The translations under genes were made by a program, and so were the position numbers. From Vitrella brassicaformis CCMP3155 (Eukaryota > Protista > Chromerida), in the NCBI GenBank assembly GCA_001179505.1, contig CDMY01000086.1, forward strand, positions 1 through 64,000: a DNA stretch of 64,000 nucleotides, given 5' to 3'. Every line of letters begins with the position of its first letter. The stretch's first letter is position 1. Below the pieces are notes generated by a model. The model ran no database searches and had not been told where the DNA came from. It worked only from the letters and a program-made list of their open reading frames with translations. Positions 1 through 11,282 of this stretch are shown piece by piece.

Positions 1-184
1 GTGTTCCCTCTTCTCGACCCAATCGCGTCAGAGCGATGCCCACCCCCCCTGTCGTCACCTCATGCGCGTCGATTGGCATCGGCTCGGCACGGACCAGGAG
101 AGGAAGGACAGCGTGGCCGCATCGATGTCAGCCGAGGCCGTCTACGATGCCGTGGCCGCCATGGCTGCCAACACAGATGAATAA
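1..184 (+). CDS. 3' end of an upstream paralog of the LRR/Cys-rich/multi-TM receptor gene (5' part outside window)
   Basis: Frame from position 2 reads CSLFSTQSRQSDAHPPCRHLMRVDWHRLGTDQERKDSVAASMSAEAVYDAVAAMAANTDE* (TAA 182-184). It is nearly identical to 11283-11465, the last exon of the receptor gene. Confidence 0.75.
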   Translation, partial: CSLFSTQSRQSDAHPPCRHLMRVDWHRLGTDQERKDSVAASMSAEAVYDAVAAMAANTDE

Positions 185-1473
185 TGGTCCATCAGCCAGA
201 AGCCTTGACATCGTCGACGTGCGCACCATTTTTGGAAGCCGAAGCTCTAGAGGGCCAGCCGGCTGTCAGTGGCTGATGGTGTGGGATTTTGCTGTTGTCT
301 TTCGTGCTGTGAGTGAGGGATTCGGAGTGGGGGAGAGTGAGTGTGTGAGAGCATGTTCGTTGCTTGTCAGTCGAGGGAAACATACTCGATATGCTGTAGT
401 GGCTGCGGTAAGATTATAGGACCTGGGTCGCGTCCTTTTGTAGACTTGTACACTGCAGAGATGCTTAGGTCGACGTGACGCTTTTGGTAAGGTCGATGGG
501 GCGAGATAAGGTGTAGGTGGCGTATGGCTTTCTGTGTGCGTGTGCGGTGACTTGGTAGAAGCTCTTGGTAGAAGCTCAGGCATTCCTTTATACAAGGAAG
601 CTGTGCGTGGGGGGATTGTGGGTTTTTTCGCGGCACTAATTGGTGCATTCATTGATATGTTAAAGGGGTGCGAGAGACGAGGGGGACTCTTTCTTTCTCC
701 CTGTGTGTCTGTTGGGAATGAGTAAGCCACTCATGCAAACAGACAGAGAGGGTGGTCTGTGTATGTGTCTATGTCTGCCGACGACGTGCGGCAGCGAGTG
801 CACAATTGCGAGACTCCCATGCAATCAGTGAGCTGTATCCTCGCAATGAGGAGGTTTTTTTTTGGCAATGTAGAGTGTTCTTCTGCCAGTTTTGTGGCAT
901 GCAATCACTGCTGGGCGTTCCTATGATCAGCGACAGCTACATAGACGCCTGATTGGGCTGTTGGTAGACAAGGCGGCTTCCAGTGGGCTGAGTTTGGGGC
1001 TTGTCTGTGTCTCTGTGGGCTTGTGTGTGGGTCTGTGTGGAACGGTCGTATGGTTGCGTGTTGCGCACCGATTGTGACCCGTTCAAATGCCTTCATGCAC
1101 TCTACAACCCCGGTCGGGCCGGGTGTGCTCACTGCATGTGTGAGCTGCCTGGAGTTTTGTCCTGTTGTGAGAGTGAATGTCGCTCTACACTGACTGAGAG
1201 GGAGAGAGGGGCGGGATGGGGGTGGGGAGGGTGTGTGGGGGCATTTCAAGGTGTGGGATGTTTCCATGTCCTGGGTGACACTGACACTTCTATGTATCTA
1301 AATCATTCATTCCATACGATTGACGGATCCGATCAGATGCACAAAAAGACACACACGAATGAAGGCCATGGGTGGTTACTCCGGTGGTCTTGTAATGTCT
1401 GTCAGTCTGCCTGCCTGTAGCATGATACACAGAGTGCCATGCAGCACAGCTGCATGATCCTCCATGCGAACGA

Positions 1474-2520
1474 TCAGCTTCTCTCTCGAGAGGCCTCCAC
1501 GAGTTCATGGGCGGCTCGCAACTTGCTCTCCTGAAAGCAGATAGGTGCCAACCAGCAGCCACACGCGCAAGTGCCTTGTCGGTGAGTGCTTACGAGCATG
1601 CGAATGAGTCCATTGCTGTGGGTGTCCTTCCGTCTAAGTGCACGGTCGATGGCCGACGCAGCGATCCGCACCTGAGGCTGCAACCTGGGCGCGCCACCGG
1701 CACAGCAAAGGTCAAACGACACACCACCACCTACAAACACACACACACACACACACGAGCAGGTGTGTCGGGCTCTCTTTGTTCCTCCATTGTTTTACCG
1801 TCATTGCAAGCTGCTTCAGACCTGGTGCTGTGTTGTTGTCGGTCTTCTGTTTTTCTTGGCAGGTGGCTTGGCAGGCCCGCCACCCGCACGCTTCACCCCA
1901 CCACAGGCCCGCACGGTTCACGCCACCACCACCAGCAGCCACCTGCACACAGACACGACGAGAGGCGTCAGATGGAGGTTGTCGGCACTGCTCTCTATCT
2001 CACCTTTGTCGGTTTCGCCTTGGGCGGCTTCTTGCTGCTGACTGGTGGCCCGAGACTGACGCCGAGGTCCAGGTCCTCCCAGTCGAGTGAAGGCGGCTCG
2101 AGCCAGTCATGCAGGAGGTCGCCCTGGCCGCACCTGTGTACTCGAGACCCGGGCAGAGTGGGAGGGATGGGCGGGGCAGCGGGCGATGCACTGATAGATA
2201 GAACTGCAAAGAAAAACACAGAGATGATTGATCGTCACGTCTGCGTGGTTGGGTGTGTGTGTGTTGTCTGCTGTGTGTGGCGACTGTCACCCCGATGGAC
2301 ACAGGGGCTCCAGGAAGCGCAAGCACGTTTGCATCCCGGCAGCTGCCTCGGATGCAGGCGGCCGCCTCTCATCGCCGAGGTCGACGCATGTGTCCTCGGG
2401 CTCACCATCAGCAGGGCCGCTGACTTGCTGGGCAGGTGACGCTTCTTTGCCTTTGTCAGCTGCACACACAAGACAAATCATCTACTGTGAACCATAGCAG
2501 ACAGAGATCTGCTTACCCAT
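1474..2520 (-). CDS. Small spliced hypothetical gene, head-to-head with the LRR receptor gene (copy 1, possibly frameshifted in a middle exon)
   Basis: ATG G|GTAAGC at 2520-2511. Phase-consistent exons: MADKGKEASPAQQVSGPADGEPEDTCVDLGDE...EPLCPS|V-LSISASPAAPP...DLLHDWLEPPSLDWEDL...KAKPTK|, later GGVSFDLCC...RKDTHSNGLIRML|GTAAGC and ESKLRAAHELVEASRERS*. Indels versus copy 2 near 1790-1920. No recognisable domain. Confidence 0.5.
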
Positions 2521-2729
2521 CTCGGAGTAGTTCACGCCGCCGCATTTGCCCGGTCCATGCCTTCTTCACAAAACCACAAACTGAGGATTCAGTGAGGAGC
2601 AGAACTTGATACTTGAGTCCTTCTGCCCCAATGCCCGATCCCAGACAAAGGAATCTCTGGCGGCGGAGATCCTCTCCGGAGATCACGTGGGAGAACATCC
2701 TCAGCTCGCGCATTTTCTCGCATCTCACA
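2521..2729. promoter_or_regulatory. Putative bidirectional promoter between the hypothetical gene (-) and the LRR receptor (+)
   Basis: About 210 bp between divergent ATGs; inferred from geometry only. Confidence 0.4.
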
Positions 2730-5700
2730 ATGATGATTCTTCCGTCCGTCGTCTGCATCTCCCTCTTCTCTTCTCTCGTGGCGTGCGCGCCCCTCCAGCG
2801 AACCTTGCGGCAAACCCATCAGACGAGCGGATTCCCTGCCCTCCCTCGTGGATGGCGTGACCCTAGGCGGCTGAAGCTCCTGCAACGGTATGCCCCCTTT
2901 CTTGTGGATGACTGGGAAAACTTAGATGGCAGCGTGCGGCGAGGCGACAAGATCCTTCCCTACACCGAAATGGAGGAGCTGGAGCGGTGCGATTCGTGTC
3001 AGGAGGATGCGGCGGCCCTGTTCGAGTGGTCTTATGAGTCTGGATTGGTTGACGACGAGTCCATCTTCACCTTTGAGACCAACCTGTGCGTTGTGCCCTT
3101 CATCACGTGTGTGCGGCTAAGTGAGGCGCTGGCGGATGGCGGCTCGCGAGAGGGGTATATGATCACGGCGAGCTCGAGAACGCCGCATATTGTGTGGCTG
3201 CGAGATTGGAAGCCTTTGGTCTTCTCGCCGTCATTTTATCGGCTCCGGCACCTGATGTGTTTTCTCGCCGATTATATGCCCATGCAGGGGAGTTTGAGTA
3301 ATGACATCGCTAAGTTGACCTCTCTACGTGTTATCATCTTGCGGGGAGCAGAGGTGAGCTCATTCCAGTGAGTACATTCATCATTTATCCACACACACAC
3401 ACATGTTCGTGTGTACGCTTTCTTCAGGACGGCAGCATGGATCGGTTTGAGGGGCCCCTTCCCGCTACTATCGGGGAGCTCCCGTATCTGAAGGGCCTGT
3501 ACATTGAACGGATGCGCTCGATGAGTGGTGTCATCCCGCCCTCTGTCTTCAGTCTATCGCGCCTCGAGGCTCTCCATCTCGAAGACATAGGTTTCTCAGG
3601 ATCTACCCCTCTAAACATCGGCAGCCTCCAGCGCCTACGAGTATTGAGAATATTCAATACCGGGTGGAAGCAATCTTTCCCAGCCAGTGTGACATTTTGT
3701 CGCAACCTGACGGACCTCAGGCTTTGGGGCAACGCTCTCGTTGGCCCGCTGCCTGAAGATTTGGGCGCCCTTTCTCGGCTGGAGTGGCTGGATCTGAGCG
3801 ACAATAAGCTGAGTGGGGAGTTGCCTCAGTCACTGGTGCAGCTGAGCCGGCTGGAGTGGCTGTACCTAGAAAACAATCGATTCAGCGGCCCGCTGCCAAG
3901 CGGGCTTGGCACCAACATGGATTACCTTCATATCCTAAGCATACATTCGAATAACGTGGGTAAGACACAGCTGATAGAGACGCAATAAAGTATGTTTGAT
4001 GCTGCTTATATGCACTAGTTTTTCTCTTTTTTGTCAGTTTTCCGGCCCATTACCCCCCTCCCTCGGCAATGCGGGCAAGTTGCGGCAAGTTTACCTGTCT
4101 AGAAACTCGGTACATGCACTTGTCGGTACATGCACTTGTAAATGCATGGCGCCACGCACATTGCTTTATGCACTCTTTTTACATATACAGCTCTCGGGCT
4201 CTTTATCGGATACCCTAAGTGGGTGGAAATCGGTTGAGGAGCTCCTTATGAGTGACAACAACTTTAGTGGCACACTGGAGCCGCTCAGAAATCTCACGTC
4301 GCTCAGGGAACTGTGGGTAGCCGACAATTCGGTGAGAAGTATGGCGAACAGTGGAAAGCGAGACTTGGTAAATGCTTGTGTCATCTTTTCTGGTATTGCA
4401 CTTTGAGGGTCACTTGCCTATCGGCTTTCAGACATTGAGGAATCTCACCGAAATCCACGCAGCAAAAAACGGGTGCACTCTGCGACAGACATACGCCGAC
4501 GGATGCAATTAATGGGCTGGTGAATCACGTTGTGAATCGTCAGGTTGAGGTTGATCGGCTTGTCTAAGCGCGACTACAGGGGCCCAGGATGGTTTGAGAG
4601 CGTGAAGCATTTGGATCTCTCATCCAACTATGTCAGTGGGTCCATCGACCTGTCTATCTTCCCTAACCTCGAATACGCCGACCTGAGCAACAATCTCATC
4701 ACGGGATTTGCCGGCAACGGACGTATCCCATACTCGTTCGCACGCTAGCTATATATGTATCCCATACTCGTTCGCACGCTAGCTATATATATATATACAC
4801 ACATACGCGCACACTGAGATAGAGATATTGTGTGTGTTGTGTCGCGGTCGGTGTGTTTCTTATGTGCATGTCCGTGTGTCAGGTTGCAAGTCTTGCATCT
4901 ACAGCATAACCTGCTGACCGCCCTGCCGGAGGGCTTCCGCTCAATGCCCAATTTAGAGACACTTAACCTCGCTAACAATCACATCAGCAAGTGGCCCAAC
5001 TGGGGCTCCACATTGAAAGGCCTCTGTTATTTCTACCAATTAGGTCAGCTGCGACATACCATAGGGGCGGGCAGACAGTTATGTGTGTACACATGTGTAA
5101 TTTGTGTGTATGTGTGTGTGATGGAATGATAGAAGACGCAGCGTCGGACGGCGGCATGATGGATCTGTTGGAGAATCTGTTGAATTCAACTTACTTTCCA
5201 CTCCCACCCGACTGGGGTTCTCTCACACACTTGGATGTGTCCAATAATCCCATCGCAGTCGACGCGACCGAGTTTTTTATGCCCCTCAAATGGCAGGACA
5301 AGTAAGTGAAGATTACTGGCTTTCTGGCTTTCTGTGACTTGCTCTGTCTCTTTCTGTGTGTGTGACACTTTGCAGGTGTTGGAGGCATCGAATTGTGGGC
5401 TGTATGGGGAAGTACGTTGTGAGGCCTCCTTTGTCTTCGACCGTGCGATCCTGGAGGAGCATAAGATGATCCTGGAGCAAGCCAAGACCACTTCATCGAC
5501 TTCATCGGTAAGCACACATACGTTGGCAGACGCGCAAACACATAATTACTACGCCACGAAATCACTTGGTATGTGGATGTACACAGGTGGCCGATGTGGT
5601 GGATATGCCGTTCCCGATGCCCAACCTTGGGAAAATCTCTTTGAGCGACAACAACATCACCGCCATCGACACGACTGAAACATGAAAGGCATGGGAGTCA

Positions 5701-6932
5701 TCGATGTACCACCTTGATCTGCGGAATAACTCGCTCAGAAGAGTGACCAGCTACCCCGACCTCTTTGAATCAATCGACAATCTGAAGCTCTCTCAGAACC
5801 CAGACCTGAAAAGAGAGCAGACTGCGGCATGTATCAGCCTTACAGCCATCGAGGTGAGAAGAGATTAAGCGGAGCATTCATACGTGTGTCGCTGGTCGTG
5901 GTAGTATATGCATTGTGCCTTTGGTGTGGGTGTGTGTGTGTGTGTGTGCGCGTATTTGTGTGCTACAGAAGTGTCAAGATTTGCGTCGAGAGCTGAATTT
6001 GACGCACAAGAATTTCAGTTGGTGTCCATATAAGGATAGAAACGAACGCGAACGGAGAGCATACGAAGACGAACGGAGACCACTCGTACCCGACCCGCTC
6101 GGTAAGTGACGCAGCAAACCGGGAGGAGGCATCCACAGGTGGCATCCACAGTGGATACCTCCTGTGTGGCTGGTGTAGGACATTCGGCGCGAATATCGGA
6201 CAACGGTGAGGAGCGTTTTGAGTGTACAGAGTTTTGCGCTGCAGGGACTCAAGTTGAGGTGAGACGTATGAAGTTGAAGACACAGGACGATATGCGTAGA
6301 AGCTGTGCTTGCCAATGCGCTTCTGATAGGTTGATTACACCTTCGACTCGGATGCCCTCTGCCGCTGCCGCACCGGCATCAACTGTACAAAGTGTCCGGC
6401 AGGCACATACAGCAACAGACAAGTCGGAACAGAAACGTGCAAACAATGCCCCGCTGATGCAGGTAAGATGCAATAAGTATGTGACGTTTATAGTGACGAC
6501 TTTCATTCTCCTGTCGGCAGGTTCTGATGAAGGCTCAGCTGCATGCTACTGTCGTCTTGGTTATGAGCGTGGAAACGAGCCGTGTGAGCCATGCACAGCA
6601 GGGTCTGTGTTGGCATGCGCACGGGCGGCGCTGACGGAAGTCGCGGCACGTGGATCTGCCAGGACTGCTTGCCTGGCCTGAACTGCTCTCTTCCCGTCAA
6701 CTACAATGCAAGTGTGCTGCCGTCTTTCTTCCAGCTCACTGTCCAGCTGCAGTCGGATGGCTTATCGCACAACGCCACACGAGAAGTGACGACGTAAGAA
6801 TGGAAAGCGAGTATCAGGCAAGTGAGAAGAACTTTGGTGCGGTGCTGGTGTCTCGCAGGTACAGTGGTGGCCTGACTTTGTTGCCGATAGTGATGCGCTG
6901 CCCATTGCCGTCGTCCTGCAAGGGCACCAACA

Positions 6933-7846
6933 AGACGGATGGGCTAAACATATGCTCGGTGAGAGAGAATTTCACCACTCGTGTGCGTGTGTGTCTTATC
7001 CGTGTATCACGTAGGAGGGGCATGAGGGTTTTGTGTGCAATCGGTGCAAGGCGGGTTTCTCGCGCCAGACGCCCCAGCAGCCGTGCGTTCCTTGTGCCTC
7101 GCTGTGGCTGATTCTTCTTGTCAACGCGCTGCTCGTGGTCGCCACTCTGACGGCCATCTTTATCCTCACCGCACTCGCGGAACGGTCAGCGCACACTCCT
7201 GTGTCCATCACACGAGGACGCCAATCGGTCGAATTTGCGGCCTCTTGTATGTGTTCAGAGAGGCGTCATCTCCACGTTCTGAAGTGCCCTCGCAGCTGAC
7301 CAAAATCGGCCTCTCACACATCACCGCTGTACGCACAGAAATATCCAGTCAGCTTCATAAAGCTCTCTTCTTCCTCTGAGTGCAGGTGTGTGGCTTGGCC
7401 TTTCTCGTGTTCGACGAGTCCCTCTGGGGCGACCAGATATCGTCACTGGTCGGTCCCTTCTTCGCCTGGGGTGGCGGCGTGCCGCAAAGCTATCAGGTGT
7501 GGGAGTGTCTGTTGAGGCCATATGTGGGCGACAAATGCGTGTTGTACCGACACGCCATGTGGCTGGCGCTCCCACTTATTTGGCTTACGGCTGTTCCCCT
7601 CATTGGTAAGCATACACACACATCCTAGAGGGCGATGTATTGTGTTCGTTTCTCGCTCGTGTCATGGCTGCAGCGAGCGGCCTTGACAAAGTGCGTAATG
7701 CGTTGAAGTCGATGCGATGCAGTGACAGCGACCAATCGACCTCGTTGGCCACCGGCACCTACCTCCGAGCCCTCTCGGCACCGCCATCCGTAACCGATGG
7801 CAGAGCCGACGACGCCCCCGCACACGGCCCTCACCAGCGATCAGTC
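6933..7846. repeat. Near-identical duplicate (copy A) of 8147-9062, left of the assembly gap
   Basis: agacggatgggctaaacatatgc...caccagcgatcagtc occurs on both sides of the N run, with about a dozen substitutions and one CA-repeat length difference. Confidence 0.95.
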
Positions 7847-8146
7847 NNNNNNNNNNNNNNNNNNNNNNNNNNNNNNNNNNNNNNNNNNNNNNNNNNNNNN
7901 NNNNNNNNNNNNNNNNNNNNNNNNNNNNNNNNNNNNNNNNNNNNNNNNNNNNNNNNNNNNNNNNNNNNNNNNNNNNNNNNNNNNNNNNNNNNNNNNNNNN
8001 NNNNNNNNNNNNNNNNNNNNNNNNNNNNNNNNNNNNNNNNNNNNNNNNNNNNNNNNNNNNNNNNNNNNNNNNNNNNNNNNNNNNNNNNNNNNNNNNNNNN
8101 NNNNNNNNNNNNNNNNNNNNNNNNNNNNNNNNNNNNNNNNNNNNNN
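7847..8146. other. Assembly gap (300 N)
   Basis: Run of exactly 300 N; likely a placeholder length. Confidence 0.99.
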
Positions 8147-9062
8147 AGACGGATGGGCTAAACATATGCTCGGTGAGAGAGAATTTCACCACTCGTGTGC
8201 GTGTGTGTCTTATCCGTGTATCACGTAGGAGGGGCATGAGGGTTTTGTGTGCAATCGGTGCAAGGCGGGTTTCTCGCGCCAGACGCCCCAGCAGCCGTGC
8301 GTTCCTTGTGCCTCGCTGTGGCTGATTCTTCTTGTCAACGCGCTGCTCGTGGTCGCCACTCTGACGGCCATCTTTCTCCTCACCGCACTCGCGGAACGGT
8401 CAGCGCACACTCATGTGTCCATCACACGAGGACGCCAATCGGTCGAATTTGCGGCCTCTTGTATGTGTTCAGAGGGGCGTCATCTCTACGTGCTGAAGTG
8501 CCCTCGCAGCTGACCAAAATCGGCCTCTCACACATCACCGCTGTACGCACAGAAATATCCAGTCAGCTTCATAAAGCTCTCTTCTTCCTCTGAGTGCAGG
8601 TGTGTGGCTTGGCCTTTCTCGTGTTCGACGAGTCCCTCTGGGGCGACCAGATATCGTCACTGGTCGGTCCCTTCTTCGCCTGGGGTGGCGGCGTGCCGCA
8701 AAGCTATCAGGTGTTTGAGTGCCTGTTGAGGCCATATGTGGGCAACAAATGCGTGTTGTACCGGCACGCCATGTGGCTGGCGCTCCCACTTATTTGGCTT
8801 ACGGCTGTTCCCCTCATTGGTAAGCATACACACACACATCCTAGAGGGCGATGTATTGTGTTCGTTTCTCGCTCGTGTCATGGCTGCAGCGAGCGGCTTT
8901 GACAAAGTGCGTAATGCATTCAAGTCGATGCGATGCAGTGACAGCGACCAATCGACCTCGTTGGCCACCGGCACCTACCTCCGAGCCCTCTCGGCACCGC
9001 CATCCGTAACCGATGGCAGAGCCGACGACGCCCCCGCACACGGCCCTCACCAGCGATCAGTC
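8147..9062. repeat. Near-identical duplicate (copy B) of 6933-7846, right of the assembly gap
   Basis: Same sequence as copy A, then continues into the TM-domain exon (FHEESRREP...). Confidence 0.95.
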
Positions 9063-11282
9063 ACGTTTCACGAGGAGTCCCGCCGAGAGCCAGTGACGCC
9101 GCCCTCTAGCCAGCCTTCGCTAGCGGAACCCCGCAAGAGCGGCCGATGGCGGCAGTGGCTCGACAACCGGGGGGCCATAGTTTTCGTCATTCTCACATTC
9201 ATCCATCCCACGGTCACCAAAAGCATGCTGGCTCTCCTGCGGTGTCGATGGTATCCCTATGTGGACGATGCCATATCTATCGCGCCGGGCGAGAGTGTCA
9301 GCCTGCTGCCTATTGACCCGATGGATGACATGCGGCCTCGGATGGACCTCGACTCAGACGTCATCTGTCGGTCGGCCGAACACGCTCCATTCCTCTGGAT
9401 TGCCGTGGCTGGCCTATTGCTGTGGACTTTCGCGCCAGTCGTGTGTGGCGTGGCGTTTCTGTGGCGGCACAGAGACGGCCTGCAGGACCACCGCACACGC
9501 AGAAGGGTGGGCTTTCTGTATGTGGGCTACCGAAAGAATCTCTACTATTGGGATGCCGTGCTTGCCATGAGGCGTGTGCTCGTGCTGTTAATCGCGCAAC
9601 AAGCCACTGCACAGCCCCGCCAACAGCTGCTCGGCTGGATGGTCGTGGCCGCTGTGTGCGTGGTGCTGCAGCTCATCATGTGGCCGTTCGATCGTGGCAG
9701 CATGGACATTCTCAATCGGTCTGAGCTGCGTGGGCTGCTGGTCTGGCTGATGTCGCTGTTCGTCATGGACTGGGTGGTCGTGCTGCCCGAGGGGACCTCA
9801 CTGGTGCTGACCGTCGGCCTTGTGTTGGTAGTCATTCTGGCCAATTTGGTGCACTACATCATGCTGGCCACGCAGATATGTCGGCATGGCCTGCTGCAAC
9901 TAGGCTACACATACACGGCCCTCACCGATCGCAAAAAGGGATTCGGTGGGCAACGGACGAGCACAGAAACACCCCTCTTTTCCATCTGGCTGCGTGTGTC
10001 GTCTCATTTCAATCAGCCCGTGTTGTGTCTGGTTGTCTGACTGGCCCTCTTGTGTCGTGGCTCATCCACCGAGAGGAGGACAGACGGCGTGTCTCACCGA
10101 AGGTCTTCTATGACTGGTCCAGCGCCGCCCTCTCTGCCGACGGCCCCTCTGCTGCATCAGGGGTATGCCATCCGTCTGCCGGCCGGCCGGTGCCTCGTGT
10201 GGTGACGGCCATGCAGCTGACGTCAGCCGCCGTGCAGGACGCCATCGAGACACTCAAACTCACACACGTGCCCGGCGACTTGCAAGCACAGACACGCCCG
10301 CACCATCACCCCACCACGCACCGTCGTAGATGATCTGTCTGGTTATCTGTTGTTGGTTTGGTCAGCCATGAGTTTCTGTGGAGCCATGCCTTCCTGGTGC
10401 AGAGCCTGCGGCAGAGGCGAGTGGAGACGCGTAGCCGACGAGGAGGCCACGTGGTCGTCCACCTGCCCAAACCCGACGACAGCAGCGCCACCGTAAGCAA
10501 GACGACAAGGAGGGACCCTCTCGGGTCCGTGGCTGCATGCATGTCTGTCTGTCTGTCTGTTTGTTTGCTGGCAGAAATTGCGGGGCATCAGGACTACCGA
10601 CCTCTCCAATATATTTCGCAACCAAGACTCTACTGAAGGTCGGTCTATTACGTCATCGCGATGTGTGCCATGCACACTCATGTGACGGTAATGTTCAGTG
10701 TCGACTCGACTGGAGGCCGGCAAGACGTCCGATGATATACCTCTTGATCAGTCGGAGGTCTCCCGCATCGAAGAACAGCCGACAGACAGGTCCGCACACA
10801 CACATGAATGGCACCACTGCGACAGCTCTCTCATGTTCTGTCCTCTCCTCTGTGTTTCATGGCACGTCACAGTGACGTGTCTGCGGGCATCACGTGGCAC
10901 GACCTGCAGGCCAACTTGTATTATGTGGTTGACGAGCTCGTCAGCAGGGAGCAGATGCATCAGGCGGCCCTGAAGCGGACGGCCGACGGCAGTGATCTGG
11001 AGAAGGCTGACAGCGAGGCATCGTCGGTGCACCAGCGGTACACTGGCGGCTGGCGGGGGGTTTATGAGGCCTTCCGCAAGGCCAAACGGACACTCATCGA
11101 GAAGGGCAGCCCACCGGTCAGTCAGACAGATGCTTAGTCCCTGTGTGTGTCTATAAGAATGCACATGCTCATCTGTGTTGTCCTGCCACTGCATGCAGGA
11201 TGCAATCCCGGAGGTCCTCGCGAGCCTCGCGCCCACAGTAATGGAGACGCCATCTGGGGATGTGGCCGTGAGTGGCGTGTCG

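Larger units (their letters stand above)
1..2587. repeat. Tandem segmental duplication, copy 1 (pairs with 11283-13857)
   Basis: Position 1 gtgttccctcttctcgacccaatcgcgtcagagcg recurs at 11283. Colinear similarity with small indels continues to ...ccacaaactgagga at about 2587 versus about 13857. Confidence 0.95.

Noticed and set aside
4991-5305. ORF-track products such as 4991-5305 as separate genes
   Set aside because: They are exon fragments of the LRR receptor fused to intron translation.
5683-5685. UGA=Trp recoding in this genome
   Set aside because: Other genes here end in TGA (24750, 27109, 29805) and use TGG for Trp; the second Trp lesion is TAG, not TGA.
7640-8237. ORFs containing long X runs (also 25590-26758)
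   Set aside because: Artefacts of translating through the 300-N gaps.
6933-9062. RIP-like or deamination hypermutation of duplicates
   Set aside because: Differences between copies mix transitions and transversions with no strong C>T/G>A bias.
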